Virus record (IMG/VR): IMGVR_UViG_3300021400_001610
Location: 18,490-82,489 of that record
Strand: one strand, 5' to 3'
Source: a virus
Taxonomy: Duplodnaviria; Caudoviricetes
Length of the DNA stretch: 64,000 nt
A model generated the notes under the pieces. That model saw nothing but the letters and a program-made list of their open reading frames with translations. It did no database searches and was not told the DNA's origin. Positions 33,701-43,995 of this stretch are shown here, one piece after another. The first letter of the stretch is position 1. Every line of letters starts with the position of its first letter. A program made the position numbers and the translations under genes.

Positions 33701-36700
33701 GGTGCAGCCGTTAAGGCTATTGGGTTAGGTTCAGTAGTTGGAATTGGAGCAGGTGTTGTAGCATTAGGTGCTTTAACAGCTGGCGTTGTGGCTTATATGA
33801 ATCACCAAAAGAAAATGGTGAAAGAAACTCAGAAAGCTGCGAGAGAAGTAACTAATTCTTATGAAGATATAAAAACAGAAACTCAATCTAATATTTCTAA
33901 ATTAACTGATTATAAGGATACTTTTACAGAACTTTCTAAAGGTGTAGACAGTGAAGGTAATAATGTAGATCTTGGAACAGAAGAATACGCTGATTATTTA
34001 AAAATTGCTAATGAAGTAGCAAAAATGCATCCAGAGCTAGTTAAAGGATATAATGCTTCTGGTAATGCAATATTAAAGAGCAACAAAGCTGTAGAAGAAG
34101 CTATTGAATTAGAAGAAAAAAGACAAAAAGTAGCAACTGATGAATATATTACTGAAGATTCTTTACAAAAATTAATAGAAGGAAGAAATTCTACTAAAAG
34201 ATGGAAAGTAGGACAAGAAATTTCACAAGGCGGACATTGGGAAAAAATTAAAGATGGTGAAGATACTACTGGAATGAGAACTTCCATGGGTTCTAAATGG
34301 GTAGTAGAACAAACTTCGACTTTAAAAAAACATGCTCAAGAAGTAGTTGATACAATTCAAAAAATTGATCCAAGCGGAGAATTATTAAAAAGTTTTGAAT
34401 CACAATATGGATTAATGGATGGTGCGTTATTAAACTTGGATGAAAGAGGTATACGTGCAATTCAGGAGCATGGGGCATCTATGCTAGACCAAACTAAAAC
34501 TCAATATAAAGATGCCGGTGAAGATGTCCAAACTTTAGTTGATGATTTAAATGATAATATTGCTCAAGTAGGTAAAGACACAGAGGGCATAGAGGCGGTT
34601 ACAGAGCCAATTTATAAAAATCTTTCTACTTATGCTAGTCAAAATAGAATATTTGAAAAAATTCCAGAAGAATTTCGTTTAGCCGCGGAGCAAGGCTTAA
34701 AAGATATTTCTAAATTACAATATGATGATAGTGGTGCGGAAATAACTGGAAAAGCAATGCAACAAAAAGTCCAAGATATGGCAAATAGTGTTGCTGATTT
34801 AAATGGACATGGACAAGAGTATCAAAAAATTATTGAGTCCATGGATAAGCAACAAGAAAAATTTGGTAATCATTTAGACTTAGCAAAATATGGAGAAGGA
34901 ATTAAAGAAAGCATCACTACTTTAACGAAATGGAAAAATGATGCTCTTGAAATTTATAAAAAAACTGGTGATGAGTCTCAAAAAATTATAGCAGAAAGTT
35001 TAGCAAATCAGATTGCCGCTTATGATAAATTTGGTACTGTGGCCGGGGAATCATTAAGTGAAGGTTTTAATCAATTAGGAGATAGAATAGAGAGCGCTGG
35101 AAAAGTTTATGAAAATTTTCAAGCTTCAACAGAAGGAATAAATGATTTTTATACTGGCGCAGATAATGTAAAGCAAGTTATAGATGACATAAAAGACGGT
35201 ATTGATGACGCCGGAAAAGGAAGCCAAACTTTTTGGAAAGGTGCAGAAGCAGTACTTGGTGAAGATTTTGTTAAAGAAGGCAGTTTTAATAAGGTTAATA
35301 AACAATTAAAGACTGTTAAAGATTGGTTTTATGATGCTGAAGGTGAAGCTAGAGATGCACAAGAAACTGTAGGCATGTTTTTTGACTATGTTGGCGAACA
35401 TCAAGAGGATGATTTATTAGGAGATTTTGGCAAGAAAAATAAAACTGTTGGTGATATAATGAAGGTTGCAGATGGAGAGTTTGATTTGTCTAATGCTGCA
35501 AATTTAACAGCTGAACAGTTTGATAATCTCGCAGCTTCTCTTGGTATGTCAGATACAACTTTAGCTTCTATGCTTAATAAAGCTAAACAGTTTTATAATA
35601 TTGATTTTAGTAATGCTGATGTTTTAAGGGCTAATTTAGCAACTTCTGAAGGAAGTTTAACTGGAAAAAATATTAATGAAAAAGATCAACAGCGTTTATA
35701 TACTCGTCGTTCTACTTTTGAAGCCGAAGCCGAGGCGGAAGGATATACACCTCCTGAATATAAAAAATTAGAAGAGAAAATGGCCAAAAATAATGTTAAA
35801 CTTTTAAGCGATGCAGAAGATATGAAGTTTGACGAATTGAAAAAAGCTTCTGTAGGATTGGGAGTTAAAAATGGCCAGGACTTTATTAAAAAATTCAGTG
35901 ATTTAGGGTATTCAAAAGAAGATATACAACAATTATATGATTTAGGAAAAGCTAAAGGAGATGACAGATTTAAAGATAATCGTTTGGATTTAAAAGGCCA
36001 AACTTTTGATGAAGCTTATAGTAAATATATAGATAGCTTACCAGAAGAAGACAAAAGCGCAGAAGAATCTATTGCTAGTAGCAATATGACCCTTGTATCT
36101 AATACTTCATCTATTTTGGCCGCCGTTGGTGGTATTTTAGCTAAAGATGTAGATAAAAATGAGAAAGTTAAGAAAAATCCTTGGAATGATGGGCAAACTT
36201 ACTATAAAGGAGAAGGATATAAAGCATTACGTGACGTTTATGGCGGCGCGGGAATGGATACCAAAGCTCAATATTTTGCTAATGGATTAGATATAGAAAC
36301 TGGTAAAGAGTTATCTACAGAAAAATATAAACAATATTATAATGAATTAGGGAATTTACATCAAGCTGCATTGCAAAAACAAGCAGAATTAGAAATTGCA
36401 GCAAATAATGCTTCCAGTTCTCAAGAACAAGAAAGACTTGCAAGACAAGCTGAATATTGGGGTAAAGCAGCAGAAGGGTATAAGAATTATATGAAGATGG
36501 GCGAAGAGGCTCATCAAAAATATTTAAGTGATAATAAAGAAGAAGAAGCATCTGACAATAATAAAACTAAAAATAAACAAAAAAATAATAATGATGAAGC
36601 TTTATCAGCAGAAGAAAAAGCACAAAGAGAAAAAGATGCAAGAAGTAAAGCATGGACAGAAAAGCCTCAAGAAAAAGCAACAGATACTTCTACTACATCA

Positions 36701-39700
36701 AAAGTAGATACTACAGATATACAGAGTAAATTTAATTCAATAGCCACCCGTGGTTTTTCTAGTTTAATTTCTGGATTAACTCCCGAATCTATAAAGACTC
36801 CCGAGGCTCAGAGTGCATTAAATTCAATTTATAAAACTGCTTTAGGTTCTACAATAGATAATCCAGCAACGTTAACTAAAGATTTGGCATCAGATTTTAA
36901 AACTTTAGGTATCAATGTTCAAGATGCTATTGATGCTGGATTAGTCGTTGATAAAAATAATATTTTAGGTAAGGCTAAAAAAACAGGAAAAGATGCTTCA
37001 GACGCTGCAGCTCAAGGTACAGAAAGTGGATTAGATTCTTCTGATACTGGAGAAGTAAAAGCAAAAGGTAAGTCTAAAGGTAAAAAAATTGCCGATGATG
37101 CCGCGAAGGGAACTTCAGATGGCGTGTCTGAAGGAGGAAAAACAAAACCTCAAAAACAGCAACCTAAAGAGACCCAACAAGTGGAAGAACCTTCTGTTCC
37201 AAAAGAATCAACCTATACAATTAAGGCTGAATATGGAGAAGTAAAAAAAGCTCAAAAAGCAGTTAATAAATTAAAAGAAAGTGCTGATGGAAAAACTTCT
37301 TTTAAAATTAATGTTTCTGGAACAGGTAAACTTAAAACTGCTGCAAAAGCTGTTAATAAATTATCTAAAGCTCAAAAAGATACTTCAGTTAGTTTATCAG
37401 CTAAAGTCACTGGAGTTAATAAAGCTGAAGAATTTAATAAAACCATTAAAAAAGCTAATAAATTAACTGATAAAACAGTTAAGTTAACTGCTAATACATC
37501 AGGATTATCTGATGCTAATAGTTTAATTAGTGCAGTTAGAACTTTTAATAATCTAAGCGATCATACGGTTACTTTAACAACTAAAAAAGTTACTAAAAAT
37601 GTAAATGAAAATGAGGCCCGTGGCGGTTTTATCACTAGCAATGGTACGGCTTATAGAGAAAAAGGCGGGTCTATATTTAAAAGAAAAGGAACGGATGTAG
37701 TTCCTGCTATGTTAACTCCTGGTGAATATGTTCAAAGACGTAGCGCTGTAAGATATTTCGGAGTAGATTTTATGAGAGAAATTAATCATAAAAATCTACT
37801 TGGAGCATTACAGTCATTTGGTTCTACCGCAAAAGGTTCTAGACGAGGTCGTGTAGGTCCAAATAATAATGGTGGGTTAACTCTTACTGGTGAAGAAGGA
37901 TTTGAAGTAGCTTGGCTGCCATCTGAAAATAAATCTATGATTCTTGGCGCTGACGGCCCACAAATGGTTGATTTGCCAAAAGATGCAGTAGTTTATTCGC
38001 ATGATCAATCAGAACAAATTTTAAAACGCAAATCAATTTCTGCTTCTTCTGCTAGTGATGGCTTTACTGGCAGTGATAAATATAGAAAACCATCTGGTGG
38101 TAATTCTAGTAGCGGTGGAGGCAACTCCAGCGGTGGTTCCAATGGTTCTCGTTCTGGAGGATCTGGAGGTGACGGCGGAAGACAAGCCAAAAAGAATCAA
38201 AAGAAACAAACAAAGATTCTTCAAAAAGCTGGTAAAATAAATGCTTGGTGGTGGAATATGACCAAAAGAGTCGAAGCCACACAACGTAAAATAGACCAGC
38301 TTAATAAAAAAATAGAAAAGGCCATAGATAAGGTTGGCACTACTTTAAGTTCAATTAGTGGAGAAGCTACTGAATATATCAAAAAGCTTAAACAACAAAT
38401 CGACTTAAATACCGAAATGCTTAATAAAGCTGACAAAAAACTTGGTATTTTAAGTGGAGAAAAAACATCTAAAAGAACTAAAGATGCTAAAAAAGCAGTA
38501 AAAGAAGATAAAAAAAGACTTAAAAAAGCTAGAAAAACAGACTCTAAACAAGATGATAAAAAAGCGAAGAAAAGACTTAAAAAAGACCAAAAAGAACTTA
38601 AAAAGTCTCAAAAAGGTGTTAATTGGGCAAGAATTTCTTACGATGTAGTTAAAAAGAAGGGCAAAAAGAAAACTAAAAAATCTAAGAAAAAGAGAATTAA
38701 TCTTTCTCCTTATATTTATTTAGATCCAGATACTGGCGCCTACAATGTTGATTATGATAAAATCAATAAAGAAATTGGATTAGATCATAGAAATAAAAAG
38801 GGCAAGAAGGTTCAAGGTAACAAATCTAAAGCCAAAGCTACAATGGAAGCTGCGGAAAAAAGGATAGAAAAGTATCAAGATAGACGTAATACAGCGGAAG
38901 ATAATATTGATAAGGCTCAAGATGCATTAGATGAACTTGGTCAGAAGTTATATGAAACATTCTTCGCTTGGGAAAACGAGCTTACAAAAATTTGGAATGT
39001 AACTCAAAAAATTGCCGACGCTGAATCAAAGCGCGGCAGAGCCGAAAGTTTTTCTGAATTACTTGATGCTCAAGTAGCTGATGGAACCATCTCTTCAAAG
39101 AATAATTTATTAGGTAAAGATTACTTTAATAAAATTAATACTGCTTTTACTAAGGGGATTAATGAACAAATCAGTTCAATTAATTTAACAAGAGAAAGTA
39201 TTGATTTAAAGAAGACTAATTTACAAGACTTATTAAATGGAGAAACTGAGAAAAAAACTTTACAAAATATTAAAGATATAATTGATTATAGTTCTGCTTA
39301 TAGTGAATGGGATGATTTAGCAGCAAGTACTCAAAAAACAATAAAACAAACAGATAAAAAAATAAAAAAAGCAGAAGAAGACAAAAAAGATGCAAAAAAA
39401 GCTATTAAAAAAGACAATAAAATAATAAACAGTAAAAAATCCACTAAAAAAGAAAAGAAAACAGCAAGACAAGATAAAAAAGAAGCAAAGCAAGATAAAA
39501 AAGAAGCCACAGCAACAATTAATGCTTATACAGAATTAAGAGATTCGCTTAGCGACACTTTGGCTACAGCAAATCAAGAAATGCAAAATATTCTTGATGC
39601 AGGATATGAAGAATTAGATGCTGGTAAACTTGCAGCATATGAAGCTGAAAAATCTGCTTTAGAAGACCAACTTAAAATTGTTGAAGCTGCAAATAAATAT

Positions 39701-41377
39701 ATGCATCCAGAGACAAAGGATGATGGAACTATTAGTATTAATTTTGATACTGATTTATTTGAGCAAGATAAACAAAAAGGTCTTTTAAATTCAACAACTG
39801 CTGAAAAAATTCAAGAGTATGTAAAGAAAATTGTTGATGAAACTCAAGACTTACATGATACTTACAAAGATTTAACCGAAAAGATAACTGAGTTGCACAG
39901 TACGCTGGCAGATTTACAAGATGCTTGGGTTGGTTATTCTGAAGACTTAATGTCTTACTTAGAAGATGCCCAAGAAGTCGATATTGAGAAATATAAATCA
40001 TTAAGTGATTCTATTCGTGATGCGTTGGAAAAACTATTAGATCAAGTTAAGAAAAACTTGGAAGAGCGCAGAAGACAGGAAGATAACGCAAAAACTGAAC
40101 GTGATATTTCTCAAAAGCAACAACGCCTAGCTGCATTACGTGCAGATACTTCTGGTGGACATCAAGTTGAAATTGCACAGCTAGAAAAAGAAATTGCTGA
40201 TGCTCAGACAGACTACGGACGTAATCTTGAAGACCAGTTACTTGATAGATTAAATGACCAGGCCGATGCTGCGGCAGAACAACGTGAGCGTATTATTGAA
40301 CTTGAAGAAGCGATTAATAGTGCAGTAAATAATGCTGAGACCGTTAATAAATGGATGGAGAATCCTGGTCAATTTAAAGAAGAGATTAGAGCTGCCGTAT
40401 ATAAAGCTAAAGACTATCAAAACTTAACTAAGGCTCAACAAGAACAAGTAGATAGACAAACAGATCAATTACTTGTTGGTTTAGAAACAAATCCTAAGAA
40501 AACCGAAGAAGTCAAAAATGCTATCAATCAAATGACTGCATTAGTTGAATTTCTTGAAGGATCATTAAGTGATGTTGGAGATAATGTTGAGGCTAATAAA
40601 AATAATACTGATAGTATTGATGATAAAGTCGCAACAGTAATCGAAGGATTGAGAGGAAATATCGATGCTGTAACAAAGGCGGTAAAAGGTGTAGACCAAA
40701 CATTAAAAGATAACGAAACAGCAGAGGTAGGTAGACAGACTAGAGCAGAAGAAGCGGCCAAAGCAACTAATGATGCTAGTAATCAAAGTACTTACAAATT
40801 AGCAATAGCTAATGCACAAAGTAATGGTACAATTACCGCAAATCAATTTAACAAAGCAATTAGTGCGGGCGCCAATATTAATAAAAGCGCTGATCAAGTA
40901 GTACAAGATTTAAAAACATCTCAATTAACTTGGAAAGAAATTTTAACAGCAGCCCATAACGCTGGTTGGGGTCCTAAAAAAATAAAAGACTTAAATCGAA
41001 ATGCCTCAAAAGACAGTGCTTTTAGAAAAGCTTGGGAATCAATTTTTCCAAATAAAAAATGGAATGAATATGCTACTGGTGGTCTTGCTAGTTATACAGG
41101 TCCAGCTTGGCTCGATGGTACTCCATCTAAACCAGAGCTCGTTCTTAACTCAGCCGATACTAAAAATTTCATTGCACTTCGCGACGTATTAAGTAAAGCC
41201 ATGGGTAACATAGATAATTCAAGCGAAACTTTAACAAATACGTCATATGAAATTAATATAAACGTAGATCACATCAACAACGACTATGACGTAGACAAAA
41301 TTGCAGCTAGAATTAAAAAAGACATTGTTAAAGACGCAGGATATAGAAACGTAACCCAAGTTAGAAATTTACGGTAA
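30704..41377 (+). CDS. tail tape measure protein (3557 aa)
   Basis: TP901-type core (LDKAMTETAVV, VNDVYSKLAAITAS, LAQMIETTREAPENLGTAMKTI), helical Ala/Gly repeats, three A(R/T/K)GG-type motifs. Confidence 0.92.
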   Translation: MPGETVDVLVRARMEASSVEAGVGQIQKALKGLTLPKGISDDLEKSFSKLNPLLKDYQKQLNKGFSNKKDLQNFNTLKEKINEVFGEISSKIQQVNSKEIKLKTDVQAIEKAEREVTKLSNDLQKALDGVITKNVNTSNIDTQFNKILNSFTRATSLKPMTQTAKNLFNAKDFAGYNAELDKIQNKIKSLSAGSKFNFAKSLGFKGAVTDIDGINQKITGFFNNIRANAGKVQSIETLRQKLREASQEASQLKLDAVARGAQGIANAASGVQNLGSSLRNAGDGAQQAASGLLSAKEQVEQLKYSTQYFFSLRNMFSLLRRGIDDAIESVRDLDKAMTETAVVTDFSVSDMWNMLPEYTALANKLGATTQGAYETMTLYFQQGLDKQQTFEIGEETMKMARIAGLDYADTTNMMTAALRGFNMELNKTSAERVNDVYSKLAAITASDTRELGQAMERTASIAHSANMDFGNTTAFLAQMIETTREAPENLGTAMKTIIARFQELKANPYEISEVDGEEVDFNRVDKALKSIGVDLMDNRDKFRDLDDVFMDIASKWDGLSQTQQRYIATTAAGSRQQSRFLAMVQNYDRLKELTEAAANSEGASQIQFNKTLDSFESKVNKLKNAWQQFTMSIANNQIIKGAVGGLTSVLDTVNNLINTLSGGNGIVKSFLSLFTAFAGLKIGGRVVNSLVGALGGLVDPQTSVFAGLRGGFTGNRQAGNAAFASQINQPIVNAINHLTAIMSKTDAAKQGIQNSRQRSDLINQRRNNIYDMMQTSRGGFSVKDVKKQIKGLSGAEQHAIYNNSPVLQKALQRSYTDAYKKLNLTPEAMSMLEQHQKTINQKMRSGQISIQEGLRHLYNPYQVGQELGGQTAEEIQKGLLKHFQQSSKENFTISSKISKAADKKGLTGQARADWINKAKLKVASQAFGDSTTANITKTQSAVLGLSKSANGAGQSIMGLGMALQAAGFQTAGAMFMNIGNGIMGIGMAAEGAASGVSKLGAAVKAIGLGSVVGIGAGVVALGALTAGVVAYMNHQKKMVKETQKAAREVTNSYEDIKTETQSNISKLTDYKDTFTELSKGVDSEGNNVDLGTEEYADYLKIANEVAKMHPELVKGYNASGNAILKSNKAVEEAIELEEKRQKVATDEYITEDSLQKLIEGRNSTKRWKVGQEISQGGHWEKIKDGEDTTGMRTSMGSKWVVEQTSTLKKHAQEVVDTIQKIDPSGELLKSFESQYGLMDGALLNLDERGIRAIQEHGASMLDQTKTQYKDAGEDVQTLVDDLNDNIAQVGKDTEGIEAVTEPIYKNLSTYASQNRIFEKIPEEFRLAAEQGLKDISKLQYDDSGAEITGKAMQQKVQDMANSVADLNGHGQEYQKIIESMDKQQEKFGNHLDLAKYGEGIKESITTLTKWKNDALEIYKKTGDESQKIIAESLANQIAAYDKFGTVAGESLSEGFNQLGDRIESAGKVYENFQASTEGINDFYTGADNVKQVIDDIKDGIDDAGKGSQTFWKGAEAVLGEDFVKEGSFNKVNKQLKTVKDWFYDAEGEARDAQETVGMFFDYVGEHQEDDLLGDFGKKNKTVGDIMKVADGEFDLSNAANLTAEQFDNLAASLGMSDTTLASMLNKAKQFYNIDFSNADVLRANLATSEGSLTGKNINEKDQQRLYTRRSTFEAEAEAEGYTPPEYKKLEEKMAKNNVKLLSDAEDMKFDELKKASVGLGVKNGQDFIKKFSDLGYSKEDIQQLYDLGKAKGDDRFKDNRLDLKGQTFDEAYSKYIDSLPEEDKSAEESIASSNMTLVSNTSSILAAVGGILAKDVDKNEKVKKNPWNDGQTYYKGEGYKALRDVYGGAGMDTKAQYFANGLDIETGKELSTEKYKQYYNELGNLHQAALQKQAELEIAANNASSSQEQERLARQAEYWGKAAEGYKNYMKMGEEAHQKYLSDNKEEEASDNNKTKNKQKNNNDEALSAEEKAQREKDARSKAWTEKPQEKATDTSTTSKVDTTDIQSKFNSIATRGFSSLISGLTPESIKTPEAQSALNSIYKTALGSTIDNPATLTKDLASDFKTLGINVQDAIDAGLVVDKNNILGKAKKTGKDASDAAAQGTESGLDSSDTGEVKAKGKSKGKKIADDAAKGTSDGVSEGGKTKPQKQQPKETQQVEEPSVPKESTYTIKAEYGEVKKAQKAVNKLKESADGKTSFKINVSGTGKLKTAAKAVNKLSKAQKDTSVSLSAKVTGVNKAEEFNKTIKKANKLTDKTVKLTANTSGLSDANSLISAVRTFNNLSDHTVTLTTKKVTKNVNENEARGGFITSNGTAYREKGGSIFKRKGTDVVPAMLTPGEYVQRRSAVRYFGVDFMREINHKNLLGALQSFGSTAKGSRRGRVGPNNNGGLTLTGEEGFEVAWLPSENKSMILGADGPQMVDLPKDAVVYSHDQSEQILKRKSISASSASDGFTGSDKYRKPSGGNSSSGGGNSSGGSNGSRSGGSGGDGGRQAKKNQKKQTKILQKAGKINAWWWNMTKRVEATQRKIDQLNKKIEKAIDKVGTTLSSISGEATEYIKKLKQQIDLNTEMLNKADKKLGILSGEKTSKRTKDAKKAVKEDKKRLKKARKTDSKQDDKKAKKRLKKDQKELKKSQKGVNWARISYDVVKKKGKKKTKKSKKKRINLSPYIYLDPDTGAYNVDYDKINKEIGLDHRNKKGKKVQGNKSKAKATMEAAEKRIEKYQDRRNTAEDNIDKAQDALDELGQKLYETFFAWENELTKIWNVTQKIADAESKRGRAESFSELLDAQVADGTISSKNNLLGKDYFNKINTAFTKGINEQISSINLTRESIDLKKTNLQDLLNGETEKKTLQNIKDIIDYSSAYSEWDDLAASTQKTIKQTDKKIKKAEEDKKDAKKAIKKDNKIINSKKSTKKEKKTARQDKKEAKQDKKEATATINAYTELRDSLSDTLATANQEMQNILDAGYEELDAGKLAAYEAEKSALEDQLKIVEAANKYMHPETKDDGTISINFDTDLFEQDKQKGLLNSTTAEKIQEYVKKIVDETQDLHDTYKDLTEKITELHSTLADLQDAWVGYSEDLMSYLEDAQEVDIEKYKSLSDSIRDALEKLLDQVKKNLEERRRQEDNAKTERDISQKQQRLAALRADTSGGHQVEIAQLEKEIADAQTDYGRNLEDQLLDRLNDQADAAAEQRERIIELEEAINSAVNNAETVNKWMENPGQFKEEIRAAVYKAKDYQNLTKAQQEQVDRQTDQLLVGLETNPKKTEEVKNAINQMTALVEFLEGSLSDVGDNVEANKNNTDSIDDKVATVIEGLRGNIDAVTKAVKGVDQTLKDNETAEVGRQTRAEEAAKATNDASNQSTYKLAIANAQSNGTITANQFNKAISAGANINKSADQVVQDLKTSQLTWKEILTAAHNAGWGPKKIKDLNRNASKDSAFRKAWESIFPNKKWNEYATGGLASYTGPAWLDGTPSKPELVLNSADTKNFIALRDVLSKAMGNIDNSSETLTNTSYEININVDHINNDYDVDKIAARIKKDIVKDAGYRNVTQVRNLR

Positions 41378-41380
41378 ATA

Positions 41381-41419
41381 AAAAAAGGAGGTCATATAAA
41401 TGACCTCCTTTATTTTTTT
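41381..41419. terminator. bidirectional terminator between convergent modules
   Basis: AAGGAGGTCAT-ATAA-ATGACCTCCTT with A-run left and T-run right. Confidence 0.9.
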
Positions 41420-41804
41420 ACTCCATAAACGGCATCAGTGCGCCAAGCTGATCGGGTGTACATTCAAAATCTTCACCCAAATCTTCAATTGTCAGATTGC
41501 AGTTATCAACCTCAACTTCTAAATTTTGAAGATCAGTCAATGCCTTATCGCACTCATCAATTAAGTCTTCTTGAATCATAATTTGGCTTCCATCTTCATT
41601 GAAAACGATTTCTCCATTTTCATCCTTGCGAGAATACTTCTCAACAATTTCTTGGAATTTTTCATTATAGAAATCACTTTCCTTCTCTAGCGATTTTCTA
41701 ATCTTATTTAATTTATAAGCACCTTTTAGTGGAAGATTTACGCTACTAAAGAAACCAATATTATTTCTAAAATCCATTACCTGATTCATTGTAATTTTAA
41801 CCAT
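41418..41804 (-). CDS. acidic hypothetical phage protein
   Basis: 128-aa ORF, RBS GGAGG. Confidence 0.75.
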   Translation of the reverse strand: MVKITMNQVMDFRNNIGFFSSVNLPLKGAYKLNKIRKSLEKESDFYNEKFQEIVEKYSRKDENGEIVFNEDGSQIMIQEDLIDECDKALTDLQNLEVEVDNCNLTIEDLGEDFECTPDQLGALMPFME

Positions 41805-41814
41805 TTAACTCCTC

Positions 41815-42543
41815 CTATTCCCAGTTAAAAATTTCTACTTTCTTTCTATGTTTATCATTTATATATTTACCAATACCAATAGCATCAGCTATATCATCTG
41901 AAACTGTTATATCAAACCACTCTTTAACTTTCATCTGCATAGAACGCTTTCTGTCGACTCGTGAGCGCCCTTTGACTTCACAATGCGAGCGCCAAGTCGC
42001 GGGCGGAACGATTACATATTCGGTATTTTGTTCAACACAAGTAGCCATTAGTATACCTTGTAATCGCGCAAGGGTTTGATATGTTGTAACTCCAACAGTT
42101 TTATTATTCAGTTGTTGAAGTTGTATTCCTTCAATTCCTATTATATCTGGATTCCAATTTTGAATTAATTGAATTAACCAATTCTTAATTTCGATATCGC
42201 GTTCAATTTCGTCATCGGCGCCCGCGCTAAAGACGTCTGCATAAATAAGTTTTCCATCGTCAAAAATAGAATATCCAGTTATATGAGTAGCTTGATCTAA
42301 GCCAATTGAGCGCTGTACCTTTTTACTTTTTGGTATTATTTCTTTTGTAAAATTATATTGATTCTGTTGGCAAATTGGACATATAAACTTATCTCTAACT
42401 TTTCTATAAGGTAAATAAATTTTATGCCCCTCATTACATTCAAAAGTTAATTCTGTATCTAAATTCTTATACTCATCTGAAAGTAATGTCCAATTATGTT
42501 CTATCGCCGCCTTTCTTATGTCTTCAATTTTTATCTTTGCCAA
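41815..42543 (-). CDS. RuvC-like Holliday junction resolvase with N-terminal Zn ribbon
   Basis: IGLDQAT, IGIEG, DIADAIGIG; CNEGH...CPIC. Confidence 0.8.
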   Translation of the reverse strand: MAKIKIEDIRKAAIEHNWTLLSDEYKNLDTELTFECNEGHKIYLPYRKVRDKFICPICQQNQYNFTKEIIPKSKKVQRSIGLDQATHITGYSIFDDGKLIYADVFSAGADDEIERDIEIKNWLIQLIQNWNPDIIGIEGIQLQQLNNKTVGVTTYQTLARLQGILMATCVEQNTEYVIVPPATWRSHCEVKGRSRVDRKRSMQMKVKEWFDITVSDDIADAIGIGKYINDKHRKKVEIFNWE

Positions 42544-43515
42544 TTAAATTCCACTGGAACCAAAACCGCCATTACGGTCTTCGCCAATTTCTCCTACAGA
42601 TTCCACTTCGACAAATTCTGCCTTAGGAACTTGAACTAATCGCATCTGAGCAAAACGCTGCCCTTCTACAATTGTATAAGCATTACCATGAAGAATTGAT
42701 TTAATGTGGATCTCTCCATTATCATCAAATTCATAATCTATATCTTTAAAAGGCGGTTCAATATTTTCAACAATAACCCCAATTTCATCACGATATCCTG
42801 CATCAATAAGTCCAGGAGTATTAGCAATACGAAGTTTTGTTTTTACCGACTGGCCGCTACGTGGTTGGATAAGAATTGCATATCCTTCTGGAATAGCCAT
42901 TTTAATACCAGTGCCGATAATTTTTGTTTCTCCAGGTTCTAGAATGATTTCTTCTTTTGCATAGATATCAAGACCAGCATCAGTTTTATGAGCATAAGTC
43001 GGAACTTTTACTCCTTCTTCTAACTCACATGGTATATGAATTACTTTACTATTTGTATTAATAATTTCTTGAATTTTATTTGCGGAAAGCATATAAATTT
43101 CTTTTAAGAAATCTTTTTTCTTTTCGCTTAAAAAGTCAATTTCATCAATAGCTTCAGAAGCTTTATTAAATTCCTCTTTTACACTATCTTCGTTATAGTC
43201 TTTATCTAAAGCTAGAATACGAAGTTCTTTTTCGGCGGCAGGATCATTTAGGGTCTCATTGAACAAACCTAACACTTGTGGTTTTAATGTTTCAAACTCT
43301 TCATCAGTTAAAGCCATAAGCGACTCAAACATTTCAAGTCCGCCAATTAAGTCAATTGCATCTTGATTATCTTCATAGAACTGTAAAATCTCTTCTTCGC
43401 TTAGTTTGTTTTCAAAAGCGTCTTCCTCTACAATTTCTACTCCAGTTTTTTCTTCGTTTTCAGCGCCGGCGCTTTCAATAACAGTCATATTTTCTTTTTC
43501 ATTATTCAAAGTCAT
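42544..43515 (-). CDS. dut: trimeric dUTPase with long N-terminal extension
   Basis: AGLDI, PRSG, GLIDAGYRDEI, AQM, RNGGFGSSG; start moved to MTLNNE after GGAGGA. Confidence 0.9.
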   Translation of the reverse strand: MTLNNEKENMTVIESAGAENEEKTGVEIVEEDAFENKLSEEEILQFYEDNQDAIDLIGGLEMFESLMALTDEEFETLKPQVLGLFNETLNDPAAEKELRILALDKDYNEDSVKEEFNKASEAIDEIDFLSEKKKDFLKEIYMLSANKIQEIINTNSKVIHIPCELEEGVKVPTYAHKTDAGLDIYAKEEIILEPGETKIIGTGIKMAIPEGYAILIQPRSGQSVKTKLRIANTPGLIDAGYRDEIGVIVENIEPPFKDIDYEFDDNGEIHIKSILHGNAYTIVEGQRFAQMRLVQVPKAEFVEVESVGEIGEDRNGGFGSSGI

Positions 43516-43723
43516 CCCAAATTCCTCCAAGGATTCTTGTTACTTTAATTAAATATTGCTCTCCGATGATTTCTCCTTTAGCTTTTTTCGTTTTATATGT
43601 ATATCCACTGGCGCCAACAGTATGACCATGTTCTTCAGCATCTTCTCTAAAGTTTTGAATTGCTTTGATAGCTTCTTCTTCGGTATCTACTACGTATTCT
43701 TCTGTTCTTTTAATTAATCTCAT
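43502..43723 (-). CDS. hypothetical protein
   Basis: 73-aa ORF in operon. Confidence 0.7.
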   Translation of the reverse strand: MRLIKRTEEYVVDTEEEAIKAIQNFREDAEEHGHTVGASGYTYKTKKAKGEIIGEQYLIKVTRILGGIWDDFE

Positions 43724-43995
43724 TTATTTTCTCCTTCTACATTTGTCGAAATACTAATTGAATGATCTGTTGTTGTTGTAGTGTATTCATCACCATAAGT
43801 ACGAAGTGGTGTAGTGCTATATGTCCAAGAAGGTTTATTTAAACCCCACCAACTAGGAGAAGTATAAATAAAGGTTTTATGCCCTTTTCCTTCGTGGTAT
43901 CCATATTGATACATTTCATCAAGTAATTCTTTTAATTCTCTTTCGGTAAATTCAATTTTACCTTTTTCATTTTTTGTAAAAGTTTTCGTTATCAT
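43720..43995 (-). CDS. hypothetical protein
   Basis: 91-aa ORF, Thr-rich C-terminus. Confidence 0.65.
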   Translation of the reverse strand: MITKTFTKNEKGKIEFTERELKELLDEMYQYGYHEGKGHKTFIYTSPSWWGLNKPSWTYSTTPLRTYGDEYTTTTTDHSISISTNVEGENK

